Assembly: GCA_030141605.1 (NCBI GenBank)
Contig: JAQGDQ010000119.1
Span: forward strand, 525,727-589,726
From: Tubiluchus corallicola
Lineage: Eukaryota; Animalia; Priapulida
Direction: 5' to 3'
Length of the DNA stretch: 64,000 nucleotides
The notes beneath the pieces are model-generated. The model ran no database searches. It had not been told where the DNA came from and was given only the letters and a program-made list of their open reading frames with translations. Position 1 is the first letter of the stretch, and every line of letters starts with the position of its first letter. A program made the position numbers and the translations under genes. This document shows positions 15,101 to 28,558 of the stretch, piece after piece.

Positions 15101-18100
15101 CTAAGCAGCATGTAATGTTAAAATTTCCAGCTTTCGTTCTGCTAATGACGGCAAACCAGCGGTTACTGTTATCAAAATAACAGTTTTATATTTACGATTA
15201 TAAAAGAAATAACAGAAACTATACTTATTTAATACAGAATAGACTAACTATCCAGAACCTATTATAACGTACAATTTGCGTTTTATTTTTTCAACATAAG
15301 TATACTGTAAGATAACGGTACTTTAAGATCAAACTGCCGGTAAAATAAAAAGTTACAACAACAGAAATGGAACAAAAGTATAGAAACTCACCTTAGCGTT
15401 GTTGTTGGTCATCATGGATCTCATGAATACTGTGGACAGACTCCGTGGTACAGCCCAGTGCATTATTTTTGGTATGGTTGTCTCCGTAGCCGACATCGTT
15501 GGAAGTTTTCTTTTTCGCCTTTTTCCGAATTTTCTTTTTATTCTATCTGAGATCAGTGTTGTCTGTATCTGTACACGTTCCTGTTACCAACAAAGGCAAG
15601 TTGTTTAATAAATAGTAGACACATAAAGTTAATGATGCCTGAAACTGGACATTGCACCGGCGGCTACTCAGGAGAGCAGCTGGGAGGACGCTCGTGCGAC
15701 TTGTCGCACCATGAATCACTCGCGGTAATCGATAATAAAGATGCCCGGCAGGTAACTTTGGAACTTAGACAACACTGGTGTTTTCTGCTTTTCGCATTCT
15801 TACACTACTGTCGCTGAATGTCCTTAAAATAGCACACTGCGTAAAATACTGTCCTGTTACTGACTTACTGCTACTCTGTCACTTTAAATAAGCTGTTTTT
15901 TTATCCCTTTGTCGTTTAGTTAGTTAGCTTCTAACTGTTCCCGCCAGCGCCGGTACTTTTCCACGACTTTTCCGTTCGTTTCATTGCGACTCGTAAAAAT
16001 TCCTGGGGCGCGAAATAACGTCGAAATGTTTGTTTCATGTGGCAGTTAGTAGAAATTGCTAATCTGGGTTAACCTTGCTGCCACAGCAAACTGCTAATGT
16101 TGACATATTTTTCTAGATTAGCCACTCACTTAGTTGGAATAAGATGGGTGGCTAGGTAATAAATAGCACAGTGTTGGTCTGCTGTTTAATAACCAAGTTA
16201 GAATCAGAATTATATGTTTGTCTTCCAAATAAATACGAAAAATATATAACAATATTTAAAGAAGGGCGGAATAGCAAAAAACCAAAATGATCATCTAGTC
16301 TGCCATCCCTAAACAATGAAACTGCCAATTTTTGCATGGCGCGTGAGCTTAATTTTGGAAAAAAATGAAGAATGTAGGCAAAGAATTAAAATGATGGCAA
16401 GCAATTGTAGAAAATACAATATTATACAAATGACGCAAAACAAATGTGAAAAATAAAAGCAGATCAATATTCAATGAGCAAGCGTACACATGGTTGTATC
16501 CAAATACATTTAAAGCAAATTGATAACAATTTAATCAAGAGAACCATTGACGCGAAGTAGTGTGTACTTGTAAGTTCAGATTGTTTTTAAATTTACTGAA
16601 TAAGAGATAAAACCGTAAAAAAGCAAATTATTAGCCTGCTGTTTATGTCTGAAAATTTTGAACTGAACTACAACTAAACAGTACCTTGAAGGTGTGAACT
16701 GCAATGCATTGGAGCAGTATATGAGTGCATGGTTGCTATAATGTGCAAACTGTTAAATCAACTTGACAATTGTGTTTCTGACAGGTCAGAAAATGAAAAT
16801 TTTGCAAAAAATTGTTGAAAATGACTGATGTCAAGTTGTAACTACTAGCATTAAGTCAATAAATCATTTATTTAGCCAGTCATCTACTTATAATCAGTCT
16901 GTCTATCTGCTAAGCAGTTTATCTTGAGTGAGTTACTTAACCAGTCTGTCTATCTCCTAAGCAGTTTGTTACTAGATGATTTGGCAGTCGGTTAATTAGT
17001 CATTTGGGTATTAATGACTGGCAAACCAATGATCAACCATTCGTTGTGAGTTGCACTGTCAGATGTGCAAGTTACTCAGCATTATCATTGATAATCATTT
17101 AGTTAGCCAGCTGTTCATGTTAGTTAACCAACCATGCATGTTAGTTAGTTAGTTAGTAAGTTGGTCATTAAAGTAGTCAGTCACTAATAGTTTGGTAAGT
17201 TATTCAGCCAGTAATCTAGTCAGTCAGTAAATTGCTCAACTGGTCAGTAAGATAAGATGCCATGTGTTTTGGTTAACTGGTCATTCATGTCATTTAGTCA
17301 GTAAGTCAGTGAATTATGCAGCCATTCGGTCACATAGATGTGATATTTTTTGTATTTGCAATACAGGCCTTCAAGCATCATAACAAAAAATAGCACGCAG
17401 CTAGACTTTACTGAGCTGACAATTAGTTGGCAAAAGAGTCTTAAGAAGTCCTTGTTATTGTGCAAAACAAGTTGTTCAACAGTGTCCTTAATATATCGAA
17501 CCCAAAGATAATAAACTGAAGATCATAAAGTTTATGATCATAAGATCATAAACTCAAGATCATAAAAGACGTGTTATGTTTTTATATTTGCAGGAGTTAC
17601 ACCAGGAGTATTTGTCCAGCTTAGAGGCGACCCACCAATTGCAGCAGAAATGCCTCGTCCAACTGGAGCAACAAAAACAGCAGCTGGAAGCTGTAATGCA
17701 ACAAATGCATATGTATGGTATAAGTTTGTATGTAGCATTGTGGCAGAAGCCAAAATGTCTTGCGCCAGTTCTGACCTAGTTTACTTGATTAGAAATAGCA
17801 ATTAAAAAGAAGTTACATTGCTGGTCTATGGCATGCAGAATAAACGCTTAAAATTGATTTTCATCATGGAAGCGTTACAAATGGCAAAAGTAATGCAGTA
17901 ATAAACCTATTTCAATAAGACTGCGTCACAATGCGATGAGCTGAGTTTTAATGAGACATTCGATGAATGGCTAGTGACGCCATCTGTGTGAAAACAACAA
18001 AAACACGTCACGTTTAATACAATTTTGATGCATTTATTTAATGTATTTATATACAGTGAAATGACCTTTCCACATAATAAACTGTCATGCCTTTTGCTAA

Positions 18101-21100
18101 AGTAAGACATACCTAACCCCATCTTTCAGGATTGGGTAAACTTTATGGTTTTACTCGCTTTAAATGCAGGTAATGCATGTACCATCTACACTCCACAGTC
18201 ATTATGAACTTTATAATATATGTATGAATGGAAATAAAAAATCTTGTAATAATGAAAAACCTTTCCTTTCTTTTCTTCTCCTCTTTGCTTTTCTTTTCTT
18301 TTCTCTTTTTTGTTTCCTTTCTATTCCTCTCTTTCCCTTCCCCTTCCTTTCTGTTCCGTTCCTTTCCTTTGCTTTACTTTTCTTTATTTTCCTTTTCTTG
18401 CCTTCATTTCCTTCCTTTCCCCTCTTTACCTTCCTTTCCTTTTCCTTTTGTTTTCTTTTTATGTGGAATTTTTTACCAGTTTATTCGTTCTTGTCATTAA
18501 GAATAATGTCTACATGTTACGTTATAGTACGTTTTAAAACTATTCAGTAGTCCACATAAACTTGTAGTTCATGTTTAGATGTAGATTTAGTATTTCTTCT
18601 TTTCAACCGTAATTTTCGTTCATTCCTTTACTATGACTTTAGTTCGTTGTCAAGTCCATTGTCAAGGCAAGGAAGCAGCATAATAACAGAAGACAGCACC
18701 GAAAGTGAAACAGCAGTAAACACGATAAAGAAAGAGATGCTTCTTAGAGAAGTCCAGCTGCAAGACATTGAAGGGACATTACCTAGAGAGAGTGGGTAAG
18801 CTATTCAGTTAACCGTGGACTTTTGCAAACTCTTAACAGGTAAAAAATGCTTAGAAAGTATTGCTCAATTCTGTTTGGTTATTTGCTTGTGAAGTAGCCT
18901 AATAAGGAGGTCCATTTCGCCATGATGTTTTTGTTATTCTTATAATATGTTTTTGATTGCCTTTAACTGTACATGTGTAATAAGTGTGACTCTGTCTGCT
19001 TGTTAAAGTAGCCTGTTAAAAAGAGCCTCTGTTTCTCCGTGTAGAAGCCCACAAATGTAATTTGATAAAATCACACACGCCCTATCTCCAGTTCTGTACG
19101 TGGCAATCACAGGAAATGGAGCAAGCGAGAAACCAAATGCTTCATATTCCGGACTAGTTTAGAAAGGGAAAGGAAGGTGAATTTTTAACACACATCATGA
19201 AAAACTGTGTAGGAAAACTATCTAGTAAGAGATATGGTACAACAGTTGCCCAAAAATCAGACCAAATCAATACTTTTTTGGATTATTTACATCTGTATAA
19301 CCAGTTTAGTACCTTACACTGCAGAGAATGTGTCACTTAGAATTATTAGCCAAACGATAAATTGATGATCATTTGTACTCTTTGCAATGGATTCATTGTT
19401 TAATGATACATTCGTTATTTCATTCGATTGATTGCTTTGTTGGTAAACAACTGTATTGCTGCTGTACTAACTGTGAAGGCGATTAATCGATGGACAGGTG
19501 TGAATAATTGATTGACTGTGTGAGACTCACTTATTTGCTTAGTGTCATTAAAAATTTAAAACAGTCTTTGTCCAAATCTCCTGTCCTTCAGCACTACACT
19601 GTTGCTGGCTTCGCTGTGGAGTGTGACATCTTAATTTAATGTCATTTCGGAGGTGGGTCATTGGCCCTTTTATTCCTGTTTTACAAAAATTGCATAACAA
19701 GAACTTTGCTTGGTACTGCAGACAAAATGTGCAAGTAGAAAAATAATCTGAAATATTTGGACGTTTCTTTTTATGTTCTTATTACGCATTTAATATACAT
19801 GCTGGTTGAGCAGCTTTGTAAGCATTGCTTTGTAGCAAATTTATTTATATCATGCAGAAGTGCTCAACACCATGAATACAGTGTGCCTAAATGCTATTAA
19901 CAAAACTGAGAATGATGGCTAAGTAAACACAAGTATGAATAAATTATGACATTTTAATTCATTTTAATTTATTTCTGTAGGAAATATCTCAAAGTTATAT
20001 TGGGTAATATAAACGTATCTCTTCTTGACAAAGGAAAAAAGTGAGTAATGTATTTAACTCCTGCATTTATTCATTTTTTATCCTTTTATCCTTACGTGGT
20101 CAGATTGTGGTGAATAACCAAGTAGTCATGCGCATTTTATTCGCATATGACGCGATCACCTTGGCAGTTTCATTCACCATGTTAACTGTGCTGGAGTGTC
20201 TGTTTTAAGGGGTATTTTACACAAGGGCTCAACAAGCAGCTTGAGAGCATTTTGGAGAAACTTTTTGAGGCAATTTTTGTGTTCTGCAACAACTTACGTT
20301 GATTGGGACAAATAAGCTTTCACAATGTTTTTCTAGACTGAATCATTTCTTAAGATGCAATTTAATCAACTTTTTGCAGATTATGTTCAAAGACGAATTT
20401 CTTTTTGTGTCTGTTGCACATTTCATGGCATTTTGAGGGCATCTGAGAGCACTTGATTCAATTTTTTACATGCAATTGCTTTAACTCTGTTTTTTATCAA
20501 ACTTGTAAATGATCATACTTTCAAATGAACAAAGTTCACATCACTTTTTAATAAAACGGTAGACAACAGTAAGAATTTTCGTAAAATAAACTTGCCAGAA
20601 TAAAGTGTGCTCAATATTAGTTGCAGGGAACAGGTACTGAGATGTTAATCACACTTATCCGTCAGCTAGTTGAACCTACGAAGCTATTTCGTACAAGCTG
20701 AAAATTCTTAAATCTATATGCAGTGGCTGAAAATAAATAGCACTTTAGCATTGTGACAATATATTTCAAATTCAAGAGTTCAAAAAAATAATATTGTTCT
20801 GACTGAAATTTGATCAGTAACAAGTCTGATGAAAACAGAGTTTAAGTACGTAAAAAATTGAATTTAAAGTGCTCTCAGATGAAAGTGGAAAATTACCTAC
20901 TGTAACACTATTATAAAACTACAGATTGTAGGTGGGCTAAGCGGGAGGGCCTAGGAAGTGTATACCCCACCCAGTTTCTATTATTAAAAAATGGCCCTGA
21001 ACTGCAGTTGTTAACGTAATAAAGGGAGGATGTATTTTTTCATGTATTTATTTACTTATAATTATTTACTAAAAGATATTTAATTCTATGAGATTAGTAG

Positions 21101-24100
21101 CTCGTGACTTAATAAGAATACTAATTAAAGTATCACTTGTAAAAATGGCTTAAAAGTTTGCATTTAAATCAGTATGTATGCAAGTATATTGTGTAGTTAC
21201 TAGTTACAATACAAAACTTTCAAAAGTTTTTCTGTCACTTTGGTTTCCTGTTTTAGTTCTAACCCCAAAGCTGCTTCAAATACTGCTGTTTGACTGTCTT
21301 CCATTACCTTGTACAACATACATGTGAAAATTGTTCTGAAGAAAACAAAGGTGTAAGTTTTGGAAAGAGGGCTGTTTTAACCCAATGGCATGCTGGGCAG
21401 TAGCCAGTTAGGACCACAAACATAATGGCCCCATACTAATCTATGCATGTTGTGTCTTGCTGTTAATAGTTACTGTACTATACTAAATGTAAATTGTGTT
21501 TATGAGAATTTCCCAGCATTGTAGAAAAAATAATTTCGGATAATTTGAAGTCTGTGTTTCTCGGTGTTGAAATTGCACTCAGAGTGTTCATGTGCATGAT
21601 GGTGACCAACTGTGCAGAAGAACGTTCTCTTTCAAGACTGAAACTTATAAAAAATCAGCTTCATAGCACAATGAGGCAGCAGCATTCGAACTGGCTTTCA
21701 TTCATGTGTATAAAAAATGACATTCTGAAGATCATTGACTTTAAGTCGTCAATTATAACATAAAACAATTCTCTACAAAGAAATTTTGTAAAGTTTTTTG
21801 TTAAACCTTTGATTAATACCAAATAATTCATAGTAATTTCATGCTGTGCCATCTGCATCTGTATGTTTACCAACTGAGTCTCATTTACATGTTGACATTT
21901 TTGTTTTTCAAGGCTCATTTTATATTGTTGTTATGTTTTTGTTGATTAATTTATGCTGTATGGTATGTTTTTTGATGTTTAAACATTGATATCAACCTTT
22001 ATTATATTATCAACAATATATTGTACTACATTTTTATTCCTGTGAGTGGTTGTGTAGGTAGGGGCCCCCATGCACTGCTTTGTCTGGTGTCCTATAATGC
22101 TGTTAGGACGACTGTTTGGAAACCTACTGTTGTCATTACCGTACCTGGTACAGAGTGGGCTTGTGATTTTCAGTAAAATTACCGCATTTTGTTTCAGATT
22201 CAAGTACAAGGAAGAGTATGAAAAGTTTAAACTCATTCTAACGATGATCTCCATAGCTGTAGCGCTTCTTACATTTGTTTTCCCTTATAGGTGGGTTCTT
22301 AATGTTGTTATAGTTATTGTAATGGTGTTTAATTTTGATTCGTTTTTGTGATGTTGAGCTGCTTCATTATCATTTATACCCTATAGACTGTTGCTGGTGC
22401 CTAATCCAGTCTTATGTTACCATATGTTAAAGTGTAAATGTAACATATTAGAAAAATCACAAAATAGCAATATAAAATAAGGCCGATGAAAAAGCTTGTG
22501 TTCTAGTAACATAACGATATATATATATATTGAAAATAAATGTTGGCGCTTGAAAAAAAATCGATTGTTTTGTTTAGTTTTCTAGACAATCTAGAAATAA
22601 AGCTTAAGCTAGCTGAATCTAGCTTAAACTAGTTAAAACAGCAAGCATACCTGGCTTGTAATTATTTACTATTCTTTATATCTTTCTTTATTTTTTGTTG
22701 TGTTGTTGACCCAGTTATTAGTTCTAAGAATCATTATAACTGTGGTAGTTTGTGGTAACTCAATTGTGAGTGGCTAATTGATATTATGTATAATATCTTA
22801 GTTGATATTGACATGATAAATGAAAAAAAGCCTCAGTGACAGTAATTTCTTTGAATGCTTTTCAAAAAATATTATGGTTATCAAATGAAATAGCACGGGG
22901 TGTTCGTGCACTGTTTCAAAATTTAAAAAAAATTACAAAAAATTTCTGTAATGATTTGACAGTCATCAAGAGTGCTAATGTCTCGCTGCAGCACAACTTC
23001 TGCAGGCTGTTCTGTAAGAGTTTTTTTGTACTATCGTGAGTGAGTTTCAAGTTTGAGGTGATGAACTTTTTATTCTTCTCTTAATTGTTGTTGTTCATTT
23101 TAACCCTAGGTTTTTAGATGCTATCTTCCATTTTCTTCTGGTATGGTACTACTGTACATTAACAATAAGGGAGAGCATACTGCGAGTCAATGGTTCCAGA
23201 ATCAGGGGCTGGTGGAGAGTCCATCATGTCATTTCCACTGTTGTAACTGGAATCATGATAACTTGGTAAGACGCAAATAGAGAGGCTTTTGTTGTATATA
23301 TCTATTTTTATCAATAAACAGATTTAATAAATAAAATAAATTGGTAAGACATTAATGTGCTACGTTATCTTTGCACTATAATCATTAACCAACGAGTTGA
23401 TTAAAGACTATTCAGTCTAACCCGTTTGACAGTCCATTTTGTTAATTAGAGAACTAATTAATCAGCCTCTGGAATAGCTGACAATACAAATGACACAAAA
23501 AAATGGACCTACTGTTTTCTCTGCCGACCATGTCAGCAGATTTGTGTGTGTAAAAGAGAGTAATTATAGAATGTGTGCACTGTTGCTGATCTTGTTGACC
23601 AGTTCTCTTCATGTCTGCCCTGTTGCCGATCTTGTTGACCAGTTCTCTTCATGTCTGCCCTGTTGCCGATCTTGTTGATCAGTTCTCTTCATGTCTGCAC
23701 TGTTGCCGATCTTGTTGACCAGTTCTCTTCATGTCTGCACTGTTGCCGATCTTGTTGACCAGTTCTCTTCATGTCTGCACTGTTGCTGATCTTGTTGACC
23801 AGTTCTCTTCATGTCTGCACTGTTGCCGATCTTGTTGACCAGTTCTCTTCATGTCTGCACTGTTGCCGATCTTGTTGATCAGTTCTCTTCATGTCTGCAC
23901 TGTTGCCGATCTTGTTGACCAGTTCTCTTCATGTCTGCCCTGTTGCCGATCTTGTAGACCAGTTCTCTTCATGTCTGCACTGTTGCTGATCTTGTTGACC
24001 AGTTCTCTTCATGTCTGCACTGTTGCCGATCTTGTTGACCAGTTCTCTTCATGTCTGCCCTGTTGCCGATCTTGTTGACCAGTTCTCTTCATGTCTGCCC

Positions 24101-27100
24101 TGTTGCCGATCTTGTTGACCAGTTCTCTTCATGTCTGCACTGTTGCCGATCTTGTAGACCAGTTCTCTTCATGTCTGCACTGTTGCCGATCTTGTTGACC
24201 AGTTCTCTTCATCAGAATAATGGTGCTACGGATGCATGTTGTGGCTGTTGTTTGAGAAGCACTCTCATTTTTGCTTAGGCGTTGAGGGCATAGCCTTTGC
24301 TGAATAAGCTATTCTTTTTTCCAGAGTCAATGGGAGCTACAAATAGTCTTTGAATTGGGAATCTTAGTGTAATAAAAAAATTAACACCAATGGTACACTA
24401 AACATCAACATTTTATGACCACTCTGCATTATGATCTTGCGACGCATCAGCTTTTTTCTTTGCGAATAAAACAAAAAAGCAGAAAAATTGCAAGATCATG
24501 ATATAGAGTGGTAGTAAAATGTTGATGTTTGGTGCACCATTTGTGCTAATTTTTTTCTTTGCTATTTGCTATAGCTATTATAGAATCATTGGCACTGTTC
24601 AAAGTTTTATTTTTTTAATATTTTTTCTAAATATGTAACATAGTAAAAGAGATGTGCAATGTAGTGAGTCGTATAAAATATACTTAAAAATTTATAGTAT
24701 AATGTTTAAACCTGTCAGCATTTCGTGAGAAATTAACGGTTTAATTTACTTTAGTGTTGACATTACATAAGTTATCATTTGCTGTTCATAATTTATTTAG
24801 GTTTGTAGGCCATTTTTACCATTTTCTTTATCTTGTGGACAGGGCTGGATTACCCTATAGGCTAGTATAGGCTGCAGCCTAAGGCCCCTCAAGCTAGGGA
24901 TGTCCGTACTTTTCATTGCTGAATAATTCATATAACTTAAAATAAAATTTCAACTTTAAAAAAGAGGCCAAGACATCTGAAAATCCAATTTTAAAGTTGC
25001 TCCTCATTTGAGATAAAGGATCTCTGTTTGAGGCATTTTATTTGAGACAAAAGGCCGTTGTTTGGAGCCCTTTATTTAAAATAAAAAATATTCGAGACGA
25101 GTGCGAGCAAATTAAGAGAGTGCATCCGCCTGAGGGAGCCCCATAATTTCATTAACTTAGGGGCCCAAAAGGTCATAATCCAGACCTGCTTATGAATTAG
25201 TGACTTTGCATTGTAAATTAAACCTTGGTTGTTCTGATACAGAATGAACAGTTTTTAATTGTTTTAGTGATGTTTATGGAGTTTGTTTATTATTACGTAA
25301 TCTGCAATTGTTTATTTACATTTACAATTTGGAAGTCATTTTGTTTTTACGTTTTAGGTCAGACGGGGTAATTTATCAAGAATTTAGACAAGATTTCATA
25401 CCATTTTGCTTGTATATATGTAAGTGCTAATTATTAAATTAATGTGTAATAACTCTCGCAGTATTTATAGCAAAAAACTTTGCATCACCAACACTTTTTA
25501 GTAAACGTTGAAAGAACATGTGTTAAAATGATATTCCAATCACTTTTGTAAAATTGTTGAGTAATTAGCTAAATAATTGCTGGATTTTACTTACACCAGT
25601 TGCTTTATACACACAGTTCGGCGATCAGGCGGCCATTCACTGATGACATCACGGCAGGAAACTTGAAAAGACTGACACTATTGCTTGTTGCTTTACTACA
25701 CCTCCCTACATCACAAATTCTGGACATTTTGCACACGCATAACGTCCAAAAAATTACCCAACACAAAACAAATTTCTCTTCTTTCAACATTTCTACACAC
25801 GGCAGCTCATCAGCCAGATCTGATATGCCACCACACTAAACACAAGCACAGACATCGCATAATACTTTTTGGTCAATCCTGCCGTGACATTACCTACTGC
25901 ACGCATTTAACGCTTGGCGAGTAGAAGTACGGTACCATAAATGTTCGAGTGCTGAGATTTAGCACGTTTTATTAATTAATTCACATAATTGCCGTAATTC
26001 ATATAAAATTTTTCATATTGATAAAAATTTACTTTAAGTTTAGGTGTTTTAGGTCATTGTCCCTTTTTTACAGATAAGATCAGAACCTATTAGTGAGTCA
26101 TCCTGCAATACAAATGCTTTTCTTCTGCTGGAGTGGTGAAAATGAAGTGTTTTTATGTATGCAACCTATGACTATTCTTTATATGTAGAAACTGACAAAG
26201 ATGTCTAACTGTAAAAAGAAAATCCATATAATTGTCTTTCATTAGGCTTCATCTTTTTCAGCTATCATTCAGCTGCTTCAGTATCAGTACCAGAAGGGAT
26301 GTTTGTATCGCCTAAAAGCTCTGGGAGAGAAGAAGCACACTATGGATGTGACTGTAGGTAGGTAAAGGTCAAGTAATGAAGGTCAAGGTCAAGTTGAAGC
26401 AGTTATCGAACAGCGGTGCTTTTGTAGTCTTACATTTGACATGTGTTTAAGAGTAATTTTTGCAATTGTTTGCCCCAAGCTTGCCATCTGGCACTTTTTG
26501 GAGGATTGTTTGGACAAAATTAGTTAGTTCTTGAATACAACACTTGTACTGAAGTGTTTACAGACGATTTTTGGCAGCAATATTGGTGATGGTGACTATA
26601 AGCTGGCTTTGAATGCTGTGATGTAACTATTATTTCAAGAACAATATAGTAACATAATTTATTTAAGGCTAAAGATTGGCAAAGAACTGCATTAGGTATG
26701 CACCGGATCCTGTTCTGGATTCTGAGGTCCGGATCCGGTAAAAACGTTCGTCGAATTTTGTACTGCTTGTATTTCTATTTCTCTATATGGAAGTCTCTAA
26801 CAATTGCGAAAAAAATTAGAGAGGCTAAGAAAAAATAGATAACCCCTTCAGTCTCCACTGCCATGAGTTTGTGCTTTAATCTTACTGACCTAATTTAAAC
26901 TAATCGATTTTGTTGTTTAGCATATAGTTAAGCAGGTGTCGCTTTTTAGTTTCCTGTTTTAATTCATTTATCGTGCTTCTGTTTTGCAGATGGCTTTCAT
27001 CAGTGGATGTGGAAAGGACTCGGTTTCCTGTTGCCATTCCTGTTTATAGGATACGTAAGGATCAACTTCAGTTATTGTATTTGTTACTGATGGGTCAAAC

Positions 27101-28515
27101 ACTCGAGCTATTTGACTATTTTTTGCATTTGAGTGCAAAATCAGTTGTCCGATACTCTTTTATACTGTTGCCCGATTCACACAGTATAATTTGTTGCACT
27201 TTATAAAGTTTGTATAGATGATTTTAATTCAACTGAACCTGCCAAACTTATTAAAATAATTTTTTCATTTTTGCACAACACTTCTACTTTCTATCGACTA
27301 GAAATGTGATATCTTTGCTGTCTTGTCTGTAAATAATACAGAACTACCCACAACTAGGCCTCTTGGTAATCCCAAGTATCAAACTTGATGCTCATCTAAT
27401 TCGTAGATATTGTAATCTTAAGACTCATATATTCGTATATACAGGTAGCCATCAGTCCATGCCTGTGCGACTTACGACTGTTCGACTTTAAGACAGGCAA
27501 CTTAATTAATTAATTATACAAAATCATGATAACTCATATTGCCTTTTAAACAAATTAACTTTAAACCGCTATCTGTTTTGGTAAATAGATTGTAGGTGCC
27601 ACTATACTTACTGTGCATATAGACACAACAGCTTATGTGTAAGGGCGCATCGCTTTAATTGTGGTCTTAAGTCAACGACTTGTATAATATTATAATCATG
27701 ATTTCAAGGCTCAACAAAATTAAAAAATAAATTTAAAATCTTGAAATCAATTAGATTTGATAAATACCAACAACTGCCTTAGAGGTTTTCACATTTCTAG
27801 CATTATCGGCTTCTGCCTTCTTACGTTTTGAAGTATTGTAAGCTTTTTTGAAGATGTTAAAGTTGGCGCTTTTGGGTGGCATGCTTCAAATCTTTTTTAA
27901 ACGGCTTTGAAATTTGTTTTATCTACATTAAAACATGCTGTTTGTGTATATATTATATATCAACCTTCTTTTTCTTTTCTTTCATCTAATGTGGTCACAG
28001 AATTTCTAGCTTTTATATCTGCCATTTAATTAGATTTAGTATATGTAATTATGTATATCATTTATTCGCATTTTCATAATCACAAATGCAGTAATAACAA
28101 TGGCACAATAATGTCATGGAAGGAAACTGGCTACACTGCATTACATTAAAATGTAACATCAGTGTTTTGGTTGTTTTTCTGTTTTCCGCTGTTTTCAAGC
28201 CATCTTATTGTCACTTTGAAGCAACCTGTAAATTTGTTGTACAGATCCTAATGTCTAAATGTGGCGGTTTGATTTTTTGCAGTTTATACAGTTTCGTTGT
28301 GCTTATCGTCTGTATACCTTGTGCTTTCACCCTCAGCTTACCGAATGGCAGGTAAAAAACCTTTAGCATCACTGTTGTTATAATCTCATTGAAAAGGGTG
28401 CTGATTTGATGGTCGTATGGTTTTTCACCACCCTTTCTCCATTGCTACTTGTATTTTGGATGCTATCAGTTCACTATTGTGTTGAAAAAAGAGATAAATA
28501 CAATCTCTTGCTCTT

Positions 28516-28558
<43 letters not shown>

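Noticed and set aside
23571-24212. CRISPR-like regular repeats (also 56665-57083 and 60127-60703)
   Set aside because: Units are head-to-tail with no unique spacers, there are no cas genes, and the context is eukaryotic introns or intergenic DNA. These are minisatellites.
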